This document shows positions 50,601 to 62,754 of a stretch of 64,000 bases of DNA, piece after piece (positions within the stretch are counted from its first letter, which is position 1; each line of letters starts with the position of its first letter). The translations under genes were made by a program, and so were the position numbers. Location: the NCBI GenBank assembly GCA_038087875.1, contig CM075990.1, positions 186,001 to 250,000 of the forward strand, written 5' to 3'. The notes below the pieces were generated by a model, which saw nothing but the letters and a program-made list of their open reading frames with translations, was not told the origin of the DNA and did no database searches. Source of the stretch: Malacoraja senta (taxonomy: Eukaryota).

Positions 50601-51369
50601 TTCACCAATTACAACTTAAATACAACTTGAATAATAATCAATATTTTAAATATTTCCAACTACGTGACTATTTGAAAAAGTATACACGGGAATATCAAAA
50701 TATCTCTCCTGACTTATTAGATGGGATAATGAATATTTAATATCATACCTATATAATTCCATTTTAAATATAGAAATTCCATCATCGGACGGGATCAGAA
50801 GAAAATGGGAACAGGAATTGGCTATCAAAATCTCGAAAGAGAGTTGGGATAAACATCTATTATATGTGCATAAATGTTCGATTAACGTAAGACATACTCT
50901 GATTCAATTTAAAATTTTACATAGATTATATTATTCAAAAGCTAAATTAAGTAAATTTTACCCAAATACCTCTGCAAACTGTGATAAATGCCTAGTCCAA
51001 GAATCAACTATAGCACATTCTTTTGTTTTTTGTATAAAAATTCAAAAATTTTGGAATGAAATTTTTGAAATTTTCACTAAATTATTTAAAATAAAACTGA
51101 AACCGAATGCAGAACTGATTATTTTTGGAACAATAGAAGCAACTTTGGAGCTGACTTCGTTTCAAAGGAGTTTTATTAGTTATGGCTTAATAACGGCAAA
51201 AAAATTAATACTGAAATTTTGGAAAAATGCGCCTACGCCAACAATAAAAATGTGGACTTCTAATATGTCGGAATTGTTACATCTAGAAGATATGAGATTC
51301 CTCCTAGCAGGTAAACAAGACCAATTACAAAAGATTTGGTCTCCATATATCGACTTATTACAAGCATAG
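47602..51369 (+). pseudogene. L1 ORF2p (endonuclease, RT, zinc finger), several frameshifts
   Basis: SWNIKG, FLQETH, GGDFN, SRIDY, SDH, LDAEKAFD, RQGCSLSP, YADD and CDKC..HSF..C motifs. Confidence 0.94.
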
Positions 51370-52016
51370 GGTGCAACAAAATGTTGATAATAAATGGTTT
51401 TAGGACCTGGCGAGGGGTGAGTAAAGATAAGAAGTAGGTACATCCCTTTCATATTGTCCTATCTTATTTTCTTTTTTCTCTTTTTTTCTTTTCTTCTTTA
51501 ACTACTTGTGGTTTAGGTTCACATGTGTGTTCCTGGGCCACTTTTTCATTCACTCACTGACTGCCCTTGCTAGTTCTTTCTATTCTTCTTTTCTATTAAA
51601 GTTGAAAAACAGAAGTGGTACAAGAACTGTATAAATTTACGTTATTGCAGATTACTGTAATGTAAAATAATTCTAAAAAAATAAAAGAAATTAAAAAAAA
51701 AAAAAAAACTTACAGCTTTCTCAGCAAAGCATCATTGTATTCCCTCATCAAATGCTCACAATCATATTTACTTCATGCAGAGATTCTATCAAGTATTCCA
51801 AGCATGCCAGCAGTTCCTGGGATGGATCCTGCTGCAGTGGGGTGGGGGGGTTGAATGAGCCGCTGTTGATACATGAAGGAAGTTGAAGTTAGCAACTGAT
51901 GAGTGGCTGTCAAATATTTTCTGATAAATTGCTGCTTAATAAGTTGTTAGTAAAAGTAAGCACAGCATTTGAAAGGGTGCTGGGAGTTGGATAAATGAAT
52001 GAATGGAGCATCTGAT

Positions 52017-52400
52017 TAGTTCAGTTTAGTTTAGAGATACAGCGCACAACCAGAGAGCAGTGCTGACTTACTATCGACCTCTTTGGTGACCCTCAGACTA
52101 TCCTTGATGGAACTTTACTGGCTTTATTTTGCACTAAACATTATTCCCCTATCATGTATCTATACACTGTAAATGGCTCAATTGTAATCATGTATTTTCT
52201 TTCTGCTGACTGGTTAGCACACAACAAAAGCTTTTCACTGTACCTCAGTACACGTGACAGTAAACTAAACTGAACTGAAACAGGCCCTTCAGCCCACTGT
52301 GTCTGTGCCGACAAGCGATCCCTGCACATTAACACTATTCTACACACAAACTGGACAATTTACAATTTTACCAAGCCAATTAACCTACAAACCTGTACAT
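52017..52400 (-). mobile_element. HE1-type SINE 3' half, split by a plus-strand Rex-type 3' UTR fragment (~52046-52276)
   Basis: TTTAGAGATACAGCGC | GAAACAGGCCCTTC rejoins the SINE. The insert matches 62520-62750. Confidence 0.75.
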
Positions 52401-53002
52401 CATCATTGCTACAATTGGGAAGAAGGTACAGGAGCCTGAGAACCATGACACCAGATCCAGAACAGGTAGGTAGGTGATGGTCTTGGCATCATGTGCGGCA
52501 CAGACATTGTGGGCCGAAGGGCCTGCTCTTGTGTTGTATCGTTCCATCATCTATGTTCCAAATGCCGATGCTGGAATATTAAGATAACTAGAGTGCTAGA
52601 TGAACTAAACAGGTCAGGCAGCATCTGTAGAGTTAATGGACAGGTGACATTTCAGGTCTGGACCTTTCTTTGAAATGTCATTTCGTTACTGGTGCATATT
52701 GTTATGTATTGCTGGGAACAATAACCACAAGGGAGGAAGTAATTTAATAGTAATTTACTAATTACCTTCGAACTTGAAACATCGTGGCAACTTACAAAAA
52801 AATGGCTGCAGCCTTTTAGATGGAGTCCCGACCAAGTCCCACGAAAGTCCCACATCACTGTCCACTGAATGGATGGTGTTTCAAATCCACCACTCACACA
52901 CGTACACCAGCAACGTTCCTGGCTGTCAGGGATGCCAACACGCATGCCCATAAGAGGCCGATATGCCTGCGCGTAAGTTAACCGCTCTGAACTTATGACC
53001 AT

Positions 53003-53302
53003 TGGGTGGCACAGCGGTAGAGTTCCTGCCTTTCAGTGCTTGCAACGCTGGAGACCCGGGTTTGATTCTGACTATGGCTCCTGTCTGTACGGAGCTTGTA
53101 CATTCCCCCTGTGACCGCGTGGGTTTCCTCTGAGATCTTTGGTTTCCTCCCACACTCCAAAGAAGTACAAGTATGTAGGTTAATTGGCTTGGTGTAAGTG
53201 TAAAATTGTCCCTAGTGTGTGTCGGATAGTGTAAGTGTGTGGGGATCGCTGGTCGGTGTGGACTCGGTGGGCCGAATGGCCTGTTTCCGCGCTGTATCTC
53301 CA
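53003..53302 (+). mobile_element. HE1-type V-SINE
   Basis: Head, core and 3' end are all recognisable. Confidence 0.88.
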
Positions 53303-53392
53303 GACACTCTTGACTCCTGACTTGAATGTCTAGAAGGCATTTGGTCTAAAAGATTTGTGTGGATAGAAGATTGGCTCGTGAACAGGAAGCAG

Positions 53393-54765
53393 TGCGACAG
53401 CTCCAGGAGAAGTGCAGGGAACAGCATAAACCACTCTATCTGGTGTATATAGACGTCACTAAAGCCTTCGACCTGGTGAACAGAAAAGGACTGTTCCTAC
53501 TGCTTGAGAAAATTGGCTGCCCTAGCTTCATGATCATCACCTTTCACAAGGACATAAAAGGCACGGTTGTGTACAATGATCCTCATGTGAGCCCTTCCCA
53601 ATCAACAGTGGTGTGAAGCAAGGCTGTGTATTGGCACCAACCCACTTGGGGATATTCTTTTCCCTGCTTCTGACCTACCCCTTCAGTCATCCCGGGATGG
53701 TGTCTATCTACAGGGGGAAAGCTCTTCAACCTGGCTCGCCTGCATGCTAAAACAAAGGTGAAGGAGGTCCTCATCAGAGAAAAGCTCTTCACCGATAATG
53801 CAGCTTTTGTATCCAACACAGAGGAGGTTCTGCACAGGCTCATTAGCAACTTTGCCCACTGCTGCAGAGAGTTTGGACTCTCAATCAGTCAAAGACCAAC
53901 GTCAGTGCACAGCCACTCACATTGCATTAAAATCCGTGACCACAGGCTGGAAGTGGTTGACGATTTCACCTACCTCGGATCTACAACCTCCACCAATCTG
54001 TCTCTGGACACTGAAATCACCAGGCGAGTCTGGAATGCGGAAGCCACCGTGGCCAGGCTGGCTAAGAGGATGTGTAAGAACAAGCTCCTCACTGACAAGC
54101 CCAGAATACGTGTGTACCAGGCATGCGTCCTCACCACCCTCCAGTATGGCAGCAAGACATGGGCTACATAAATGGCGGCAGGAGCGCTGTCTAAACACCA
54201 TGCATATGCGATGCCTCAAACGGATTTTCCGTATCTCCTGGCAGGACCGCACCCCCTACAACAACACCCTGGAGCATGCTGGAGTCCCCAGCATGTAATC
54301 TCTGCTGAGTCAGTGACGTCTCCAATGGCTTGGCCATGTTTGACGGATGGAGGATGGCCTCATGCCATAGGACATCTTGTACGGTCAGCTTGCAACTGGC
54401 TCTTGGCACAGTGGACGGCCTGCTCTCCACTTCAAAGATGCCTGCAAGTGGGATATGAAGGCTTGTGGCATCAACACTGACAACTGGGAGGCTGCGGCAG
54501 AGGATCGCCGCAGGTTGCAATTGTCCAGGGTGGCATGAGGAGGGAGGACATGGACAGGAACTTGCGTGCTGTAGAGAGGACGGCCAGCGGAGAGAAATGA
54601 GCTTCTACAGCCCCAACGGCCTCCTTTATCTGTTCCCATGGCGGCAGAGACCGTCACTGGAGAATTGGGTTGGTCAGCCACAGCAGACATTACCAACACG
54701 TGCAAAGACCCTGGAGACCTCACCGTGGCGCAGAAGCTTGGTCTTTCTAGACTGAGAGCTGCCGA
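53393..54765 (+). mobile_element. RTE-clade LINE, 5'-truncated and decayed, inserted in an old CR1 remnant
   Basis: RQLQEKCREQHKPLY..IDVTKAFDLV, FTYLGS, VYQACVLTTL.YG and RCLKRI..ISWQD motifs. A ~33-bp flanking duplication lies at 53360-53392 / 54766-54798. Confidence 0.88.
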
Positions 54766-55102
54766 TGGATTGAAGATTGGCTAGTGAACAGGAAGCAGCA
54801 GGGAGGCATAAATGGTTCTTTCTCTGGTTGCTGAGATGTGTAGTCGTGTGCATTCAGGATCGATGCTGGGACCTCAAACTTTTACAATTTAGGTAGATGG
54901 TTTGAATGAAGGTATCTCTTGCTAATGTTGATTACACAAAAAAGGATAAGAAAATAAACCAGGAAGAAAACATAAAGAAGTTAGATAGGTTAAGCAAATA
55001 AATGCAGATCTGACAAAAGGAGTATTTTGTTCTGGAGCACAGAAAAAGATCCTTTGGTTCATTGGGTCAACCATTACCCTAATCCTACATTAATTCCATG
55101 TT

Positions 55103-55239
55103 GTGTAGGAATGAATTGTAGATGCTGGTTTAAACTGAAGATAGACACAAAAAGCTGGAGTAACTCAATGGGTTCGACAACATCTCTGGAGAAAAGGATT
55201 AGGTGACGTTTCGGGTCGAGATCCTTCTTCAGACTTCAG
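55103..55239 (-). ncRNA. Solo Penelope-terminal fragment with a hammerhead-like motif
   Basis: The minus strand reads CTGAAGA-A-GGATCTCGACCC-GAAACGTC. The 11-bp TSD is AATTCCATGTT (55092-55102 / 55240-55250). Confidence 0.65.
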
Positions 55240-55434
55240 AATTCCATGTTATTCTCCACACATTTTCCTAAACTCCCCTCAAATTCTATGACTTATTATC
55301 ATGCTAGAAGGCAATTACACTGGCTAATTAACATGCCCAATCTCATGTCTTTGAGGTGTGGGAGGACACTAGAGCTCCGTGAGGAAGCCACTGCAGTCAC
55401 CGAGTGACTGTGCAAACTCCACATTGCCAGCACT

Positions 55435-55741
55435 AGATTAGTTTCGTTTAGAGATACAGTGTGGAAATAGGCCACTTAGCCCACCGAGTCCGCGCTGACC
55501 AGCGATCCCTGCATATTAACACAAGCCTACACGCACTAGGGACAATTTACATTAATACCAAGCCAATTAACCTAAAAACAACATCTTTGGAGTGTGGGAG
55601 GAAACCGAAGATCTCGGAGAAAACCCAAGCAGGTCACGGGGAGAACATACAAACTCCGTACGGACAAGCACCCATAGTCGGGATCGAACCCTGCAAGCGC
55701 TGTATGGCAGTATTTCTACCGCTGCGCCACTGTGCCGCCCT
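55435..55741 (-). mobile_element. HE1-type V-SINE (older SINE remnants at ~55260-55432 and ~56020-56210)
   Basis: Reverse complement of the SINE. Confidence 0.85.
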
Positions 55742-56449
55742 ATTATATGGGTGGGATTGTTGGGTTTTAACAGGAGATTCTACCAATATGAGGCTACATT
55801 GCTATTAGCTGCATCAAGGTGCCATCTTTCTATGTGAGGAAATTGGAATTGTCTGTTTCGGTAAGAAATATGAAAAAAAGTATGCATGTTCATGGTGAGA
55901 GAGGTAGTGAGAAATCAGGGTGAGAGGGGGAAAGTTTAATGGAGATGTGTGGGGCAAGTATTTTACATGTAGAGAAGTGGAGGCTAGGAACACATTACAG
56001 GGGTGGTGATGGAGGCACATTTTTACCAAAGCCCATTCACTTTCAAACCTGTACGTCTTCAGACTGTGGGAGGAAACTGGAGCACCCGACAGAAACCCAC
56101 GTGTTCTCAGGGAGAACTTACGAACTCCGTACAGATAGTGCCCATAGATCAAACCTGGGTCTCAGGCACTGTAAGGCAGCAACTCTACTGCTGTGCCACT
56201 GTGTAACCCCAATGATAGTATTATTTATGAGCCATTGGCACGTAAGTGTGGGGAATAGCAGGATATGGATCATGTACAGGTAGATGAAACCTGGCTTCGT
56301 GTTTGGCACAAGCATTGTGGGCCGATGGGCCAATTTCTGTTCTATGTTCCTCTGGCATGACTTGCATAAAGCTGGCTTGAAGGTACAGCAAGTAAATTCA
56401 GAAAGCATAACTGCTTTAGTTTAATGCTTCAGAATACAACTTGTCTTGG

Positions 56450-57335
56450 TTAAGAACATATCTGAACTACCAATTAGGCCATTCGGCCCATCGTGTCTCC
56501 TCTGCCATTCAATTATGGCTGATCTATCTCTCCATCCTAACCACATTCTCCTGCCTTCGCCCCATAACCCCCGACAACTGTACTAATCAACAATCTATCT
56601 GTGTCTGCCTTAAAAAATATCCAATGACTTGGCCTCCACAGCCTTCTGTGGCAAAGAATTCCACAGATTCAACACCTTCTTTATAGACAATAGACAATAG
56701 ACAATAGACAATAGGTGCAGGAGTAGGCCATTCGGCCCTTTGAGCCAACACCGCCATTCAATGTGATCATGGCTGATCATCCCCAATCAATACCCCGTTC
56801 CTGCCTTTTCCCCATATCCCCTGACTCCGCTATCTTTAAGAGCCCTATCCAGCTCTCTCTTGAAAGCATCCAGAGAACCGGCCTCCACCGCCCCTTACTA
56901 AAGGAATGTCCTTTAATTCTGAGGCTATGCCCTCTGGTCCTAGACTCTCCCACTAGTGGAAACATCATCTCCACATCCACTCTATCCAAGCCTTTCACCT
57001 TTAGGAACGTTTCAATACCCCCCTCATCCTTCTAAACTCCAGTGAGTACAGGCCCAGTGCCATCAAACCCTCGTCATATGTTAACCCACTCATTCCTGGG
57101 ATCATTCTTGTAAACTACCTCTGGACCCTCTCCAGAGCCAGCACATCCTTCCTCATATATGGTGCCCAAAACTGCTCACAATACTCCAAATATGGCCTGA
57201 CCAGCGCCTTATAGAGCCTCAGTATTACATCCCTATTTTTGTATTCCAGTCCTCTTGATGTAATGTTAGCAATGATTTTGCATTCCTTGCTACCGATTCG
57301 GCTTGCAAATTAACTTGTTGGGAATCCTGCACAAG
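56450..57335 (-). mobile_element. Two adjacent CR1 3' fragments
   Basis: ORF 56777-56998 reads KGLDRVDVEMMFPLVGESRTRGH. An (ATAGACA)n tail lies at 56683-56714. Confidence 0.85.
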
Positions 57336-58924
57336 CAAGGTAACATGGTAGACAGGATTATGGATGTAAATTTACAAACTGATCATCCATGACCTTATTA
57401 AGTGACGAGGCAGGACTGCGGTAGATTATAAAGGTGGTACATCACCCAGATCCCAGAAAAAGAATATGTTTTAAAAAACTGTTCCCTTCAGCAATTGCTC
57501 ATTATCTTGTTTCTTATATGGCTTTGTTCAGAAATAGCATAATTATATGGCATCAATCAAATAATGATTTTGGCAATGTAATGTTATTAATAAAGAATGA
57601 TGTATTCCTTTGGCCCCCTGGAGGTGGAGACCATGAGTGGATTAAAACATTAAACTCTCCCATATGTTTTAATCAGCTCTCAATCCGAGTTAGAATACTT
57701 CTGAGAGGCCATTATCAAGATCCCGTGACTGCATTTTGGACACATTGGTGCATCATGAAAGTGGGGCACTCTCTTCACTGACTATGTAGTTGCATAGCAA
57801 CACTGATGCTAGTGGAACTTTGCTTAAATACAAAAAGGCACCACAATTCCTTGGTAATTTATGGTATTATGTACACTAATAGCATTGAGTTTTCCCTGCT
57901 TTCAAGACTAATGCAGTTAGTTCTCCCCTGTGTGATCCAGTCTTGTACAATTAGCACCCTATGGAATGCTGGCATTTAATATCTGGGCCACTGAGTCTTG
58001 CCTTCTACTTAGAAACATAGAAACATAGAAAATAGGTGCAGGAGGAGACCATTCGGCCCTTCGAGCCAGCACCACCGTTTTTTTGTGATCATGGCTGATC
58101 ATGCTGCAAGTGATGTATTTACGAGCACTTCCGAGACTGGCTAACTTTCTTTGTGTGAGAAGAAAGTATTGGATTTATATAACACATAAAATTATTACAC
58201 ATTATCTTCACCGTGTTGGGTGATGTACAAACCAGGACTGCAAGGCACCATTTAGCTCTTTGAAAATTGATATACTGTATCACCTTTGTCACCAGATAGG
58301 ATTTTGACATAGAGTCTTGCATCACAGAAAGAGGCACTTTGGCCCATCATGTCTATTCTGACCATCAAGTCCTATCTATATTGCCAAACTATACGACCAC
58401 GGTACTACCAGCATGTCTCTTGTCTCAGCAGAGGCCAGAACACACTTGACCACTTCATCAGCAAGTGTGTGGAAGACTGTGTGCTGACAAAGGCAATCCG
58501 AATGCTCCCCAACCATGGATGAACCGCGAGGTACATTCACTGGTTAAGGCCAGGTCTGCTGCATACAAGTCAAACGGTCCAGAGCGGTACAAGAAGGCCC
58601 ACTTTGATCTCCACAAAACCATCAAGGACACCTACAGACAATACTGGGACAAATTTAAGTCCTAGTATAATCACTCGGACACACGGAGAATGTGGCAAGG
58701 TCTGAATACTATAGCTGACTGCAAAGTGAAGTCTGGCAGCATGGTGGTAGTGTGGTCCTACCTGATGTATTTAATACTTTCTATGCAAGCTTCGAGTAGA
58801 AGGCCAAGGGGCAATGACATTCATCCCATCAGACTCAAGTGTGCCTCATCCCGTGCTCACTGTTGCTTAAGTTAGATTGGCCTTTCCAAGGGTGAACTCA
58901 CGGAAAGCAACTGATCTCCCCTTA

Positions 58925-59021
58925 GGTAGACACAAAATGCTGGAGTAACTCAGCGGGTCAGGCAGCATCTCTGGAGAGAAGGAATGGGTGACGTTTCGGG
59001 TCGAGACCCTTCTTCAGACTG
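58925..59021 (-). ncRNA. Solo Penelope-terminal fragment with an intact hammerhead-like core
   Basis: The minus strand reads AGT-CTGAAGA-A-GGGTCTCGACCC-GAAACGTC-ACC, with a perfect 5-bp stem II. Confidence 0.65.
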
Positions 59022-59760
59022 ATGAAGAACTCTCCCTACTCAGAGACACACACCTGCTTCAAGAAGACCACCATCATCCAAGTGCCGAAGAAAAGCAAGA
59101 ACCCATGCCTAAGGGACAACCGTCCAGTAGCCTTGACATCCACCATCATGAAATGTTTTGAGTGGCTGATTATGCAATGTATTAAATCCAGTCTACCCAG
59201 CGGCCTTGACCCACTGCAGTTCACCTACCGCCACAACAGGTCCACGGACGATTCCATCGCCCTGGCCCTACACTCATCCCTAGAACACCTGGATAAGAGA
59301 GACACCTACATCAGATTCCTATTCATAGAGTACAACTCTGCTTTTAACACCATTATTCCATCCAGACTTATCACCAAACTCGTGGAACTTGGAGTCAGCA
59401 CTCATCTCAGCAACTGGATCTTCGACTTTTCTGACCAACAGACCCCAATCAGTGAGGATAGTGCACAAATTATCCTCTACAATAATCTTCAACACTAGTG
59501 CTCTGCAAGGATGCGTTCTCAGCCCCCTTCTTTATTCCTTGTACACCCACGACTGCGCAGCCCTGAGCAAATCCAACTCAATCTACAAATTCACAGACGA
59601 TACCACCGTTGTGGGCCAGATATCAAATAATGACGTGAAGGAGATTGAGAACCTCATGACCTGCTGTCGAGATAACAACATTTCTATCGATGACAGCAAG
59701 ACAAAGGAGATAAAGATCGACTTCAGGAAGCAAAGTGGTACAAATATCCTGGTATACATT

Positions 59761-62027
59761 CGTTCACTCGTGTGTCAGACGACGTTCTGCCATCGCTTTG
59801 CCACAGCCAGTGCCACATCTGTGCCTCTGCAGAGATCGTCCGTAGTGCATGTCTCTCCGCCGCAAGTCAGTAGGTGGGTCATTGTCTGTACCTCTGTGGA
59901 GACCGTCCCCAGTGCGTGCCTCTCTGCTGCAAGTCAGGAGCTGGGACATTGTCTGTACCTCTCCACAGTTGCACTTGTCAGAGTCCGAGAGCACCCACTT
60001 CTTCAGGTTGAGTCTGTAACATCCCACTCCGGTGCGGAGGCAGTTTAGGGCTTTCCAGGTAGTATAAGGCAGGTGCTGTCCTGGTGCCATCTGTTGTTTG
60101 GTTTTGGTGCCTGTCACGGTTGGCTCTACTTCCATGAAGCTGTTCCGACTCTTCAGGCGTTTCTTGGCATGTTGGTGATTGTGCAAGGGGTGACGAGGGT
60201 CTGTGTCCGCATTGAAGCGTTCCACTGCAGCTGCTCGATCACGTCTTCAAGATGGTTCGTCGATGCCAGCCAGCTTGTACAGATGCTCAACCTTTGTTGG
60301 CTTCAGGCATCCTGTGGTTTTCCTGCAGGCAGTGTTCAATGCAGAGTCCACCTTGCGCGCATGTTTAGCGCGGCCAGACAGGGCTTGCATATTCTGCCAC
60401 TGAGAAACAGAGCGCCAGGGCTGCAGTGCGGATTGTTGTTGGGTCACTTCCAAATGAGCTGTTTCCCAATTTTTCAATGACATTGTTCCGGGTGTTGACC
60501 TCGGCCTTGGTTTTCTCAACATGTTGGCGATATGATAATGTGCGATCGAGGACCACACCGAGGTACTTTGGGGCTTTGCAGTGTTCCAACAGAACATCAT
60601 TCCATCGCACCTGCAGTTGACGTTTCGCATCCTGGTTCCGGAGGTGGAAAGCTGCGCTTTGCATTTTTGTTGGGTTTGGGCGCAGGGAGTTCTGTTAGTA
60701 GTATGTTGTCATATTCTGCAGAGCAGCTTCTAGTACGGTCCCAATCTGGCTGAAGTCTGAGGATTGCGTTGCGATGCATTAAAGCCCTGTCCCACTGTAC
60801 GAGTTCATTCCAAGAGCTCTCCCGAGTTTAAAAAAAATCAAACTTGTGGTAAGCACGGAGAATTAACATAGCGGGTACGTCGGAGCTCGGGGACGTCTCT
60901 TAGCAGCTCGTAACGCTAACGGCAGGTACTCGGGAATACTCGCTAATGGCAGGTAAGCACGGGAAGACTCGTGAAGATTTTTGAACATGTTGAAAAATGT
61001 CCATGAGAGCCCCGAGTACCGATGAGTGGCCATTACCGTAAATCTACGAGTTCGAATCAGGTCAAACTCGGGAGAACTCTTGGAATGAACTCGTACCGTG
61101 GGACAGGGCTTTAAGTTATCGGCATACAGAAACGACCTAGATTTCGGGGTGATGGGTTGGTCATTGGTGTATATATTACCGTACTAGAGGCTGCTCTGCA
61201 GAATATGACAACATACTGCCCTGTGGTAGACCATTCTTGTGGCGTCTCCAACGGCTGTTCTGACCATTCAGGCATATGAAGAAGTGGCGGTTCTCCATCA
61301 TTGTCATGATGAACTGGACAAGATGAGAGTCGTGTAGTGTTTGTTGCTGTGCACAAGTCTACAAACACTGCACCTGTGATCAGCTTCCCCTCAAAGCCAT
61401 CTTCAATGTGCTGAGTGAGGTTCAGCAGTGGTCCTGTTGATGACTCTCCCTGGCGGAACCCATCCTGTTCAGGTATCAAGACATTGTCTACATCCGGCAA
61501 GATGCGGTTCAGTATGTATCTCTCCATCAGTTTGTATGGGTGGCACAGAAGGGATATAGGCTGGTAGCTGCTGGGAAGATTGGCATCTTTTCCTGGTTTT
61601 GGTAAAGCAACAACCTTTGATTTCCGCCAGACTCGTGAAATGGAGTTGGTTGCTATGCAGATGTTAAACATTTCCAGCAACCATTCTCGTGCTCTGGGAC
61701 CCAGATGTTGCAGCATCTCAGTTCTGATGTTGTCTAAGCCAGCTGTCTTGTTAGGTTTCATCACATTCAGGGCTTTGTTGAGTTCGTCCATGGTGAAAGG
61801 TTGAGTGTGCCATCTGTCATTTCGGTTGTTGTAATCAGCAACCTTTGGGGGTGGAGGTTTCTTACCACTACCCTTGCCGTTTAGCAACAACTGGTGGGCA
61901 ACTTGGTTAGCAGTCACATTTCCACGTGGTTTACTGTGGGTGGGGTCATTACCGAGACGTCTCAGTGTCGCCCTTGCCTTCCATGCTGCTGTGTCGTAGG
62001 TGTCATCATTTGACACCATTTTGAGTG
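59761..62027 (-). mobile_element. I-group LINE, Vingi/Ingi-like, 5'-truncated and decayed
   Basis: 6-bp TSD TACATT (59755-59760 / 62028-62033). Motifs: YQPISLLC, AVFVDL, YADN, YLGVVLDRTLSY, ALCFSVAEYASPVW, LRTGVG and C.CG..QT...L.C. No RNase H is visible. Confidence 0.72.
60782..61111. mobile_element. PIF/Harbinger-type MITE family B (330 bp), inserted in the RT catalytic motif of the Vingi-like element
   Basis: ~48-bp TIRs AAGCCCTGTCCCAC(T/G)GTACGAGTTCATTCCAAGAG.., flanked by TTA and TAA. It shares the CCTGTCCCAC terminus with family A. Confidence 0.85.
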
Positions 62028-62754
62028 TACATTGATGACACAAAAGTAGAGATTGTTGAAAGCTTTAAGTTCCCAGGAGTAAGTATCACCAGAAATTTGC
62101 ACCAACCCATATTGGAGCAACGACCAAGAAAGCACACCAATGGCTCTACTTCCTTAGAAGGCTGAGGAAGTTTGGCATGTCCCCAACAACTGCCACCAAC
62201 TTTTACAGATGCTCCATATAAAGCATTTTATCAGGGTACGTCACAGCTTGTTTTGGGAGCAACTCCATCCAAGACCGCAAGAAATTGCAGAGAACTGTGG
62301 ACGCAGCCCAGACCATCACACAAACCAACCTCCCTTCCATTAACTACATTTACACTTCACGCTGCCTCGGCAAGGCCAGCAGCACAATTAAAGACGAGTC
62401 TCACTCCCTCTTCTCCCCTCTGCCATCAGGCAAGTGGTACAGAAGTGTGAAAACGCACACCTCCAGATTCAGGGACTTTCACCCCAACTGTTATCAGGCA
62501 ACTGAAACATCCAAGCAACAACAAGAGAGAGACGTCCTGGGCTACCATCTACCGCACTGGAGACTCTTGGACTATCTTTAATCAGACTTTACTGGACTTT
62601 ATCTTGCACTAAATGTTATTCCCTTTATCATGTATCTGTACACTGTGGATGGCTCAATTGTAATCATGTATCATCTTTCTGCTGACTGGTTAGCATGCAA
62701 CAAATGCTCTTCACTGCACCTTTGCACATGTGACAATAAACTAAACTAATCTAA

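Larger units (their letters stand above)
45252..51705 (+). mobile_element. Full-length L1-clade LINE, inactivated
   Basis: Perfect 16-bp TSD AAACTTACAGCTTTCT (45236-45251 / 51706-51721) at a TT|AAAC site. It starts GACTTCCGG and has AATAAA plus poly(A). Confidence 0.96.
58440..62754 (+). mobile_element. Older Rex1/Babar-type LINE in pieces (58440-58924, 59022-59760, 62028-62754)
   Basis: [35 protein letters not shown] and LPSGK motifs. The frame VYI|DDTKVEIVE rejoins across the inner insertion. Confidence 0.85.

Noticed and set aside
51781..51841. Possible small host exon (AG...GT, open in all three frames)
   Set aside because: The splice signals are weak and no peptide is recognisable. It needs RNA-seq or conservation data.
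57340..58010. Non-repetitive AT-rich stretch with a 115-aa ORF
   Set aside because: No motif or convincing splice structure. It could be a conserved non-coding element, but I cannot assess that without alignments.
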